From: a virus
Lineage: Duplodnaviria; Caudoviricetes
Strand: one strand, 5' to 3'
DNA: 37,851 nt
IMG/VR virus record: IMGVR_UViG_3300016263_000427
Location: 1 to 37,851 of that record
This document shows, one piece after another, positions 19,401-26,872 of the stretch (its first letter is position 1; each line of letters begins with the position of its first letter). The translations under genes and the position numbers were made by a program. Under the pieces are notes generated by a model. That model ran no database searches, was not told the origin of the DNA, and saw only the letters and a list, made by a program, of their open reading frames with translations.

Positions 19401-22400
19401 TGCCACTCTTGTCGAGGCAGAGGGAGCGAACCTACCGACGATACCAACCTACTTTAACGATGGTGTAGTGTCGCTTGCAGCTGTCTATGTGCAATCTGGA
19501 TCAGCAAACGTAACTCAGATCGAGGACATCAGACCTGTTATCGGATTTAGAGCCGCAGGGGTTAATGCTTCTGCTGTTCACGGCAACCTATTAGGTCTAA
19601 GTGCAGATGACCACACTCAGTATCTACTTGTAGACGGAGGCCGTCAAATGTCAGGAGACCTTGGCTTGGGAGGCAACGACCTTTATAACTTTGCTTCAGT
19701 ATCTGGATCTTCAATAACAGCTTCAGGCGCAAACATAACTAGCATTATAGCTACATCTATAGATGCTACTGCTATAACAGGTAGTCTATTAGGAACAGCA
19801 GCAACTGCTTCTTATGTAACTCTAGCTCAAACTGCTTCTTATGTACAAGTATTCCCCTATACTGGTTCTGCTATCATATCTGGTAGCTTAGAAGTAACTG
19901 GTAGTTTCTCTACAGATAGGGATGCCACTGTTAACTCACTAACTGTCGGTAAAGGAGGGGGCAATGTAGCGAGTAATACCGCATTTGGTATTGGATCATT
20001 GAAAAATAATAATGTTGGAGGTCGAAACACTGCAATTGGATACCTCAGTTTATATTGTAATATTAATAGTAGTCATAATGTAGCAATAGGTCAATGCTCT
20101 CTTAATAGAAATACAGGCGGGTGTAATGTTGGAATCGGAAGTTATGCACTCAACTTAAATACTGCAGGAATACGTAATACAGCAGTAGGTAGTTTTGCAC
20201 TTAGAGCAAATACAACTGGTTGCTTTAATACTGCAGTAGGTTATTATGCACTACGCTGCAACACCATTGGCGGTGCTCAAGTAGCAATAGGATATCAAGC
20301 GCTAAGAAATTCTAACTTTGCTGCAACATCTAATAGTGCAAACGTAGCAGTAGGATATAGAGCACTTTGTACCAATAATACAGGAGCAAATAACACCGCT
20401 GTAGGAACTAGAGCATTACAAGCAAATACTTCAGGATATAGAAATACTTCTTTAGGATCTGATTCTTTATTAGCTAACACAACAGGACGCGGAAACGTTG
20501 CAATTGGTAATAATAGTATACAAACTGCTACAGTAGGAATTAGAAATACTGCGATTGGAAGTTTTGCATTCCGTAGTAATGATGGAAGCACCAACACAGC
20601 TTTAGGATATTCAGCAATGCTTGGAGGAAATGGAACCACAAATTGCACTGTTGGTATCGGAGCTAATGCTTTAAGGTGTGTTACTGGGGGTACAAAGAAC
20701 ATAGCTATTGGAACTGCTGCTGGTTATTGTATGACCACAGGAAACTGTAATGTGTTCCTTGGTGGTTATACAGGTTCTGTTGTACAAGCAACTCAAAATA
20801 ACAATATCTTCATATCTGATGGAGGTGAAGGATTACCTTCTTTAAGACTATTCATCACAGGTTCAGATGGTCTTGCTACATTCTTCGGTACAGGTGGAGT
20901 ATCTGCATCTGCGTTTACAGGATCGCTATTAGGCACAGCATCTTGGGCTCAGAACGCTACAACTGCTTCATTTATAACAGGATCCAATGTCTACGGTCCT
21001 TACGGTTCTAACAGCATACTATCTGCATCTCATGCTGTAACAGCAGCATACGCACTTAATGCAGGTGCAGGAACAAGCATCACTATAGCAGACGAAGGCA
21101 CCGCCCAGGGCACAGCAACGTTCTTGAACTTTATAGGAGACGGTGTCACAGCCACAGTGTCCTCAAACACGGCGAGTATCACAATACCAGGCGGTACTGG
21201 TGCGACTTTCCCTTACACGGGTTCAGCTATCATATCTGGTAGCTTGGAGGTAACTGGTAGTTTCTCTACTGATAGAGATGCGACTATAAATTCCGTGATT
21301 GTTGGTAGAGGGGCTGGAACTCCTTCATCAGCCTCTTTAAATTTAGCTATAGGTAGTGGTTCTTTAGTGTCGAATACTACCGGAAGGCGTAATGTAGCTG
21401 TAGGTAATAATGTTCTCTCGAATAATACTTATGGGGCTGGAAACGTTGCTATAGGATATAAAACGCTTCAATATAATACAAGCGGTTTTAGTAATACAGC
21501 AGTCGGTAATCGCGCACTTAGAAGTAATACTTATGGATATGACAATACTGCAATAGGATATAGTGCATTAGTTTCTAATAATACTGGACGTTGTAATGTT
21601 GCGATTGGTAATTTTGCCCTATTTTATAATAACTCTGGAGATCGTAATATAGCAATCGGTTATTCTGCATTATATTTTAATACGACAGGTTTTGCTAACG
21701 TTGCGGTAGGTAATTGCTCGCTTCGTTATAACACTTGCGGTAGTGGAAATATTGCTATTGGCTACAACTCACTTTGTCGTAATACTACTGGACAAGGTAA
21801 CGTTGGAGTAGGTAATTGCACGCTTCGTTATAATACTTCAGGGATATTTAATACTGCTATAGGTCGCTTATCGCTATTCTGCAATCAAATAGGACAAAGC
21901 AACACCGCAGTAGGCTTCGCTGCTCTTAGATATAATATTTCAGGTTGTAATAATATAGCTGTTGGTTATAATGCAGGCAGATGCATAGTAGGTTCCAATA
22001 ACGTCATATTAGGAAGCTACACAGGCTCAAATAACATCACAGCCTCTAGCAACAACATCTTCATAGCAGATGGAACTGGCTCTCTTAGACTCTTCATTAC
22101 TGGTTCTAATGGTCTTGCTACATTCTTTGGTACAGGTGGAGTATCTGCCTCTGCCTTTACAGGTTCTTTATTAGGCACAGCATCTTGGGCTCAGAACGCT
22201 ATTACAGCTTCTTACGTAACAGGTTCTATATTCACCTCTACTAATCCTGTTCTATCCGCTTCTTACGCACTTAGTTCTTCTTTCGCCCTCTCAGCTTCCT
22301 GGGCACCAGGAGGAAATGTTCAGGTGTTCCCTTACACTGGTTCAGCTATCATATCTGGTAGCTTGCAGGTGACTGGCAGCTTCTCTACTGATAGAGATGC

Positions 22401-24636
22401 AACCATAAACAGTGTGACTGTAGGTAGAGGTAGTGGAAACATAGCTACGAACACAGCTTTAGGTAGTGGATCTCTGCTTTCTAACACTACTGGAAATCGT
22501 AGTGTTGCTGTTGGATATGCTGCTCTTAAAAGCAATACTGTAGGTTTTTATAACATCGCAGTAGGGCACAGAGCATCATTTAGTAATGTAAATGGTCGAT
22601 CTAACGTTGCTATAGGTAATGATGCACTATTTTGTAACCAATCAGGACAAGGAAACGTAGCTATAGGAACAAGAGCATTATATTGTCATATAATAAACAA
22701 TCCTAGTCTTAGACCTAATACAGCAATTGGATATTTTGCGCTCTATTATAATACTTCTGGTACAGGTAATACTGCTGTAGGAGGTAGATCTTTACAAGCT
22801 AATACGCAAGGAAATTGTAACGTAGGAATAGGATTAAAAGTTTTAGAAAGTAATAAAACAGGCTGTTACAACGTTGCAGTAGGTAGTTACGCGTTAAGCA
22901 CTAATATATCTGGAAATAGCAACATAGCAATAGGATATAAATCAGGTATTAATATAAAGGGATCTAACAACGTTGTATTAGGAGGTTATACAGGCTCAAA
23001 TGATGTCACTGCATCGAACAACAACATCTTCATATCTGATGGTGCAGGAACACTAAGAGTATTTGTAACAGGATCAAACGGTCTTGCCACATTCTTTGGT
23101 ACGGGTGGAGTTTCAGCTTCAGCTTTCACAGGTTCACTATTAGGTACTGCCTCTTGGGCTCAGAACGTTGTAACAGCTTCATATGTAACGGGTTCTATAT
23201 TCACTTCTACTAATCCAGCTCTCTCAGCATCTTATGCTCTGAGTTCTTCATTCGCACTTTCTGCTTCCTGGGCACCAGGAGGGAATGTACAAGTGTTCCC
23301 TTACACAGGATCTGCTATCATATCTGGTAGCTTGGAATTAACTGGCAGTTTCTATACTGATAGGGATGCAACCGTAAACAGTGTGACTGTTGGTAGAGGA
23401 GGAGGTAATGTAGCATCTAACATTGCTTTAGGCAGCAGATCTCTTCTTTCTAACACTACTGGAGTTAATAATGTTGCTGTTGGTGACTTTTCACTCCGCT
23501 CCAACACATCTGGTTTCAACAACATCTCAGTCGGATCCTGTGCGCTCTGTTCAAACACCGTCGGTACAGGTCTTATTGCAGTAGGTCATTATGCACTCTG
23601 TTCTAACATCACCGGTGTCACTAACACTGCAATTGGTAACTTTACACTCTTTAATAACACAAGCGGCAACCGCAACACCGCAATAGGTAGCTATTCACTC
23701 CGTAACAACACCACAGGTGCCGAAAACACAGCAGTGGGTTTTAATGCGTTACGTTTGAACACCTCTGGACAACTTAACGTAGCAGTCGGTAACCTTGCAC
23801 TCTGCTCCAATACCACCGGCTTCTGCAATACTGCAGTAGGTTATAATGCACTTCGCTTCAACACTATTGGCGCCCTCAACACCGCAATCAGCAACTTTGC
23901 ACTCCGCGCCAACACCACCGGTGATTGCAACACCGCAATCGGCAACTTTGCACTCTGCTCCAACACCAGCGGCAACAGGAATACCGCAATAGGATACAGA
24001 GCAGGATGCACAATAACCACCGGTAATAACAATGTTTTTCTTGGCGGTTACACTGGCTCAACCGCACAAGCAACTGAAAATAACAACATCTTCATAGCTG
24101 ATGGTACTGGTTCTCTAAGAGTATTTATAACAGGTTCAGACGGTCTTGCCACATTCTTTGGTACAGGTGGTGTATCTGCTTCAGCATTCACAGGCTCTCT
24201 GCTAGGCACTGCATCTTGGGCCCAGAATGCAGTAACAGCTTCCTTTATAACACTAGCTCAGTCTGCCTCTTATGTGCTTCAAGCAGTGTCAGCTTCTTAT
24301 GTTACAGGTTCTATATTCACATCAACAAACAACGCACTATCAGCTTCTTATGCAATAACAGCTTCTTTTGCACTTAACGCAGGAGGTGGTGGACTAGAAA
24401 CAAAAGCCGGATCTGTTGCAAACACAACTTTTGCAGGTAACCCTAAGAAAGCGACCGTGACTTTTGCTACAGCATTCCCTAACACTAGTTACGCTATAGT
24501 AGTAACAGGTGAAGACGCCAGATCCTGGACTATAGAAAGTAAGGTAGCAGGCAGCTTTGTAATAAACGCCAATGCTAACACAGCTCTTGCTGGTACCACA
24601 TATTGGATAGCCACAGCGTATGGTGAGACTCAATAA
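13423..24636 (+). CDS. Giant modular fibre / adhesin protein (3737 aa)
   Basis: N-terminal LKLRRSSVPGKIP...GEIALNTYDG resembles fibre attachment domains (Mtd_N-like). Also [ST]AS[YF] shaft repeats, a beta-helix-like middle (KGGDFTSISA...YVIEVGPGEF), HGNLLGLSADDHTQY, four arrays of 17-aa repeats and a C-terminal VTFATAFPNTSY domain. Confidence 0.85.
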   Translation: MSNQILKLRRSSVPGKIPTTSSLDFGEIALNTYDGLAFIKKSGSNGEEIVTIGATSGSFTGSLFGTASYSLFAISSSYSTNIGGEPFYIAVFNGTNQLTSSTIYQSASFTSIRNVTTPIDPTNPDVLYVDGTGLPTRNIISAHSDQNQYVQMYIQNFNNSGDASSDIVASADNATESEYYIDMGINSSGYTNTAIVGTQNDAYLYSTGNNLLIGNASTSRKVIIFNGGLDAEANARIYVHEQGTVTVNTNTYNPTNPPSLQVQALNETIFNLISAYGSTDNYLENNIVNANIGTTASADFVAYNDIDPSNQTAGYIDMGINSTNYVPGVDYPGAAGDAYLYTDSHHLILGATSASGDTRVSLFAGGGSEADNSKLILYGHNQHEMTGSLNMSGSLVVTDGITGSLYGTASWAENVLTASYVENALSASYAQTASYVELAQSASYVEQAISASFATTASYVENAQTASYILNAVSAAFATNAATASSADDFIVRGSLTGSDALFTGTITAQRLNVQYITASTEIITGSTKFGTQLTDTHQFTGSVSITGSLTVNGTLNATSSFAQNAVSASFASTASFVQLSQTASYVQQAQSASYILQAVSASFASTASYVQLAQSASYTLNAQSASYVQTAQTASYVQLAQSASYVFQAVSASFAATASFVTLAQTASYVLQAVSASFASTASFVTTAQTASFVTTAQTASFVTTSQTASFVTASNVYGPFGSSSVLSSSYALTASFALNAGGATAITVADEGTSQGTATFLNFTGAGVTATISSNTASINIPGGAGTTFPYTGSAIISGSLQVTGSISSAGGFTGSLLGTASWAQNAITASYVQQAVSSSFATTASYSISSSYAVTASYAMSASQAQTASYALQAVSASYSQTASYGINIVISGSVNNADYIQFNTASSVTDAVGRLYYDSGEGTIKIGMAGGNVVANIGEDLYQYAYNATGAPLTKGQVVYISGSQGNRIAVKLASATAEQGSANTLGLVAESIGTGGEGWIQTEGVMRKLNTTGLVGGQLLYLSSSAGQYTQTKPQAPLHEVRLGYAERIDATVGSIYIKIDNGYEIDELHNVLDTTTTSSYGDLFVKSGSLWVSSKQLTGSYGLTGSFKVTGSLYLSTPTYNTSSVNVLTINTGSNETEYSTITDLTYIKNVVTVGLPGSLNVDFNSIKSAVDSITGATSTNPYAVRVRAGLYNEDPIQMKSFVAVVGDSSETTVVQANDPSQSLFLGADQSLISDMKIQGVTAPSQSAILYYTSQSIASQGIVYVENVRFGANYTHAKMFPVSGGNAAMQLTNIKYGAQPFTLGFYITSDGISTGRMLLRNTTTTAGGIQSTTGLVFAKTDQPNCTLLANLVGLTKVGSGPAQGIGYWVENGGLLRVNTSNLQRFDTGIYVPQVGSAPTIDAVGLNFENCTTDVNIIHTGSIGKVAGTDNFLKTQISYEAPLYEVGQDQRKITVNRKGGDFTSISASVAYITDSSETNRYVIEVGPGEFVEKQIDLRNKPYVSIIGSTIQTTQIRASGSGDFDQILLGPTNEISFLSIYGVNTAGYAAIKVDGTGDNFAQAHKISIYDFDYGVKVFSSLSSSTFYGEYIDINGPFTYGTYVSASNTSASVASMENYYLFPSGGVSTGNYGIGTGAEIDLYTCLFVGDSVAGSTAISLSDGAVSEVAGLDAQDWDYAVRVPNVGAAPTFRMVGAMIHDSITYDFFIEKVGTQGRYQGIADQSKISNVSTDFYWNFLDDTDGENNITRKVSVTFADGTNTDATTLIFKGSPMGVMQGGEISISSGLTVTTAAGFGYLQDTIDTDVYKRIDWNNTNITLAANTNNYLYLNDNAVLSASGIAPDSTTNIILGRVVTNDTGVEFIDQTPYDGEHMSNKISKFNREALGPVFAEGSIVTENVTPFKLDVTQGNYYFSENNFLPAGTSSINLTQYYISASTWARYTSSIVPSKVYASGSQLVPMSASYYTKHTVYLVGQGVDEEYFLVINGNQYATLVEAEGANLPTIPTYFNDGVVSLAAVYVQSGSANVTQIEDIRPVIGFRAAGVNASAVHGNLLGLSADDHTQYLLVDGGRQMSGDLGLGGNDLYNFASVSGSSITASGANITSIIATSIDATAITGSLLGTAATASYVTLAQTASYVQVFPYTGSAIISGSLEVTGSFSTDRDATVNSLTVGKGGGNVASNTAFGIGSLKNNNVGGRNTAIGYLSLYCNINSSHNVAIGQCSLNRNTGGCNVGIGSYALNLNTAGIRNTAVGSFALRANTTGCFNTAVGYYALRCNTIGGAQVAIGYQALRNSNFAATSNSANVAVGYRALCTNNTGANNTAVGTRALQANTSGYRNTSLGSDSLLANTTGRGNVAIGNNSIQTATVGIRNTAIGSFAFRSNDGSTNTALGYSAMLGGNGTTNCTVGIGANALRCVTGGTKNIAIGTAAGYCMTTGNCNVFLGGYTGSVVQATQNNNIFISDGGEGLPSLRLFITGSDGLATFFGTGGVSASAFTGSLLGTASWAQNATTASFITGSNVYGPYGSNSILSASHAVTAAYALNAGAGTSITIADEGTAQGTATFLNFIGDGVTATVSSNTASITIPGGTGATFPYTGSAIISGSLEVTGSFSTDRDATINSVIVGRGAGTPSSASLNLAIGSGSLVSNTTGRRNVAVGNNVLSNNTYGAGNVAIGYKTLQYNTSGFSNTAVGNRALRSNTYGYDNTAIGYSALVSNNTGRCNVAIGNFALFYNNSGDRNIAIGYSALYFNTTGFANVAVGNCSLRYNTCGSGNIAIGYNSLCRNTTGQGNVGVGNCTLRYNTSGIFNTAIGRLSLFCNQIGQSNTAVGFAALRYNISGCNNIAVGYNAGRCIVGSNNVILGSYTGSNNITASSNNIFIADGTGSLRLFITGSNGLATFFGTGGVSASAFTGSLLGTASWAQNAITASYVTGSIFTSTNPVLSASYALSSSFALSASWAPGGNVQVFPYTGSAIISGSLQVTGSFSTDRDATINSVTVGRGSGNIATNTALGSGSLLSNTTGNRSVAVGYAALKSNTVGFYNIAVGHRASFSNVNGRSNVAIGNDALFCNQSGQGNVAIGTRALYCHIINNPSLRPNTAIGYFALYYNTSGTGNTAVGGRSLQANTQGNCNVGIGLKVLESNKTGCYNVAVGSYALSTNISGNSNIAIGYKSGINIKGSNNVVLGGYTGSNDVTASNNNIFISDGAGTLRVFVTGSNGLATFFGTGGVSASAFTGSLLGTASWAQNVVTASYVTGSIFTSTNPALSASYALSSSFALSASWAPGGNVQVFPYTGSAIISGSLELTGSFYTDRDATVNSVTVGRGGGNVASNIALGSRSLLSNTTGVNNVAVGDFSLRSNTSGFNNISVGSCALCSNTVGTGLIAVGHYALCSNITGVTNTAIGNFTLFNNTSGNRNTAIGSYSLRNNTTGAENTAVGFNALRLNTSGQLNVAVGNLALCSNTTGFCNTAVGYNALRFNTIGALNTAISNFALRANTTGDCNTAIGNFALCSNTSGNRNTAIGYRAGCTITTGNNNVFLGGYTGSTAQATENNNIFIADGTGSLRVFITGSDGLATFFGTGGVSASAFTGSLLGTASWAQNAVTASFITLAQSASYVLQAVSASYVTGSIFTSTNNALSASYAITASFALNAGGGGLETKAGSVANTTFAGNPKKATVTFATAFPNTSYAIVVTGEDARSWTIESKVAGSFVINANANTALAGTTYWIATAYGETQ
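14644..16086 (+). repeat. Interrupted arrays of 9- and 6-residue [ST]AS[YF] coding repeats
   Basis: For example TASYVQQAQ SASYILQAV SASFAS TASYVQLAQ and TASFVTTAQ repeated. Unit lengths are multiples of three residues. Confidence 0.85.
19852..24230 (+). repeat. Four ~0.9-1.1 kb cassettes with constant flanks around arrays of 17-aa NTAxGxxALxxNTTGxx repeats
   Basis: FPYTGSAIISGSL..TGSF.TDRDAT.NS starts at 19852, 21208, 22327 and 23296. Each cassette ends GLATFFGTGGVSASAFTGSLLGTASWAQN. Confidence 0.9.
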
Positions 24637-24638
24637 CA

Positions 24639-24647
24639 GATATTTAT
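24639..24647 (+). promoter_or_regulatory. Putative late promoter motif GATATTTAT
   Basis: Exact motif 5 nt upstream of ATG 24653. Confidence 0.6.
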
Positions 24648-24652
24648 AAAAT

Positions 24653-25510
24653 ATGCCAATATTCTACACAGATAGCGGTAGTTTAAGTGACTTAGTGGTT
24701 TCGAATAATTTAGAAGCCACTGGATCTCTTTTCGGATCTGCTTCTTATGCCGCCACTGCAAATTTTGCAAATCAAGCAGACTTTAACGTTAGCGCAGGCA
24801 CACTATCAAATAATGTGTCTCAACTTGTTTTTTCTAACTCAAACAACGTTAGTTTTGGTTTAAACGGTAGCACTCTAACCGCTACAGTTAGTAACCCTAA
24901 TACTGCAGCAGCTATCACTTATCCCTACTTCAACCCATTAGATGCTTATGTGCAAGTGACAGGTGTATTGGGTTCTAACTCGCTGTACTTTCAACCCCTA
25001 CAATCCCCTAACGTGCAGTTTGATAGGATCGCTATACCTCTTTATCTCTCTTATACCACAAACTTCTCTGCTACTTTTTCTTTTTACTTTGGACTGTACA
25101 CAAGAGACGGATCAACACTCAATTTGTTGACAGATGCAAGTACAGCATTCGGAAGCCAGCTATCCTTTTCAACAGCTAACTCCTCTTTGTATCACGGTAT
25201 TAGACTGTGGACTGCAGGTATAACTGATACAATCACAGAAGGACAGTACTACGCAGCTATAATGAGTAGAATCACCACAGCAGGATCAGCGCAAAGCTTG
25301 AGTAATATAGTAGCATCGCAACAGAACTCTTCTTTCTCTGGAATATTTGGAGTAGCATCTAACGCTACTAACCAGTACACCAGAGGATTAGGAAGATACA
25401 GCGCCACGACTTCCGGATTACCCTCTGCGGTATCTATTAGTCAGATACAGGGTAACTCTTCAGCATTCTTAAGACCGCCGATATTCTACTTAGTTAGCCA
25501 GACTTTTTAA
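24653..25510 (+). CDS. Putative fibre-associated structural protein, paralog 1
   Basis: 285 aa, Ser/Thr-rich. N-terminal TGSLFGSASYA matches the fibre shaft motif. Aligns with the next ORF. Confidence 0.7.
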   Translation: MPIFYTDSGSLSDLVVSNNLEATGSLFGSASYAATANFANQADFNVSAGTLSNNVSQLVFSNSNNVSFGLNGSTLTATVSNPNTAAAITYPYFNPLDAYVQVTGVLGSNSLYFQPLQSPNVQFDRIAIPLYLSYTTNFSATFSFYFGLYTRDGSTLNLLTDASTAFGSQLSFSTANSSLYHGIRLWTAGITDTITEGQYYAAIMSRITTAGSAQSLSNIVASQQNSSFSGIFGVASNATNQYTRGLGRYSATTSGLPSAVSISQIQGNSSAFLRPPIFYLVSQTF

Positions 25511-25511
25511 T

Positions 25512-26393
25512 ATGCCAGTATTTGAAGTAGATAGTGGTAGTATAAGCGATCTAGTAGTCACTAATCGTTTAAGTGCAACTGGATCTCTGTTCGGAACTGC
25601 TTCTTATGTTGAGTTCTCTCCTGCTGCTAATAATTTTAATCTTATAGTCAGTGCTAGTGCATCATCTAATGCTGTATCACAATTAGTCTTGTCTAATAAC
25701 AACAGCGTTAGTTTCGGTCTAAACGGAAGCACTGTCACAGCTACAGTTGAATTTCCTGGTGCATTCACTTATCCCTATTACAATCCTAAAGATAAGTACA
25801 TACAAACACTAGGCACTTGGGGAAACGGATCGCTGTTCATGCAACCTATGCAAGTACAGAACGTGCAGTTTGATAGGGTCGCTATACCGATGTATCTCTC
25901 AAATGCTGATAATAACAACAGTACTATGGGATTGAGTATAACCCTGTCCTGGGGTTTATACACTAGAAATGCTAGTAGTCTAAGTCTTCTCTCTGACTAC
26001 AGTTCGACCACGACTTTTCAAGGCACTATAGGCACTGCAAATTCAAACCTTTATAGGGGAATCAAACTGTGGACCATAGGCCTAACTAAAACCCTTACAG
26101 AAGGCCAGTATTATGTAGGTATGATTAGTAGTGTTACAAATACTAGAGGCACGATAAGTAATGTTGTAGTGTCTCAACAAGCCTCAAGCTTCTTTGGTCT
26201 TTTCGGTCAGGCTCATGCACTAACGGCTCAATACACTAGAGGCCTTGGATTCTATTCCACTAGCACTAACGCATTTCCTTCTAATGTAGCTATTAGCGAA
26301 CTATACGGCGCTGCTACGTATACCACTGCTGCAGGATCGGCCACAAACGTTTTAAGAACGCCCATATTTTACATGGTGAGTCAAACTTTCTAA
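25512..26393 (+). CDS. Putative fibre-associated structural protein, paralog 2
   Basis: 293 aa sharing DSGS.SDLVV, VSFGLNGST, NVQFDR.AIP, TEGQYY, QYTRGLG and PIFY.VSQTF with 24653..25510. Confidence 0.7.
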   Translation: MPVFEVDSGSISDLVVTNRLSATGSLFGTASYVEFSPAANNFNLIVSASASSNAVSQLVLSNNNSVSFGLNGSTVTATVEFPGAFTYPYYNPKDKYIQTLGTWGNGSLFMQPMQVQNVQFDRVAIPMYLSNADNNNSTMGLSITLSWGLYTRNASSLSLLSDYSSTTTFQGTIGTANSNLYRGIKLWTIGLTKTLTEGQYYVGMISSVTNTRGTISNVVVSQQASSFFGLFGQAHALTAQYTRGLGFYSTSTNAFPSNVAISELYGAATYTTAAGSATNVLRTPIFYMVSQTF

Positions 26394-26402
26394 CCGTACC
26401 AT

Positions 26403-26411
26403 TATATTTAT
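26403..26411 (+). promoter_or_regulatory. Putative late promoter motif TATATTTAT
   Basis: ATATTTAT core 5 nt upstream of ATG 26417. Confidence 0.55.
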
Positions 26412-26416
26412 AATAT

Positions 26417-26842
26417 ATGAGCAAATACGGAGCTTGGGCATTTAATGTATCTATCTACGCTGACACTAATGAAGATGCGGTATACACTAACATGCCAAGT
26501 GCTAACTCTTTTCTCTTTAACTCTTATAGGCATGTCACTCTAGTTGATTTGTCTGGCATGAGTTCTGTAAGAATGATAGTCAACAAACAGTCCGTAGCTG
26601 GTAGTGCAGGATCTAAATTGAGTCTCAAATACTGCGAGACTTTTAGCACAAACCCAGACGACTACTCAAACATAGGTGTAGATCCTGTCGAAATATTAAT
26701 CGACGCAGAGAATTCTATACTAACTACAAACTGGACTCAAATATTAGCTCCTCAAAACGATGTGTTTTTAGCAGTCATCGGAAGCGGAGGAGACGGAAGC
26801 ATAACCCCACACTTTGGACATATATCAGTAAATTTTGGATAA
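26417..26842 (+). CDS. Hypothetical beta-rich protein
   Basis: 141-aa ORF preceded by the late motif. No family recognised. Confidence 0.65.
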   Translation: MSKYGAWAFNVSIYADTNEDAVYTNMPSANSFLFNSYRHVTLVDLSGMSSVRMIVNKQSVAGSAGSKLSLKYCETFSTNPDDYSNIGVDPVEILIDAENSILTTNWTQILAPQNDVFLAVIGSGGDGSITPHFGHISVNFG

Positions 26843-26872
26843 TATTAGTTATATTTAATTTTGTTGCAAGTT

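Noticed and set aside
23490-23990. Complete diversity-generating retroelement
   Set aside because: No reverse transcriptase or template repeat in the window. Kept only as a weak hypothesis.
14644-24230. Repeats considered as a CRISPR array or non-coding repeat array
   Set aside because: They are in-frame coding repeats with synonymous divergence. There are no identical repeats with unique spacers and no cas genes.
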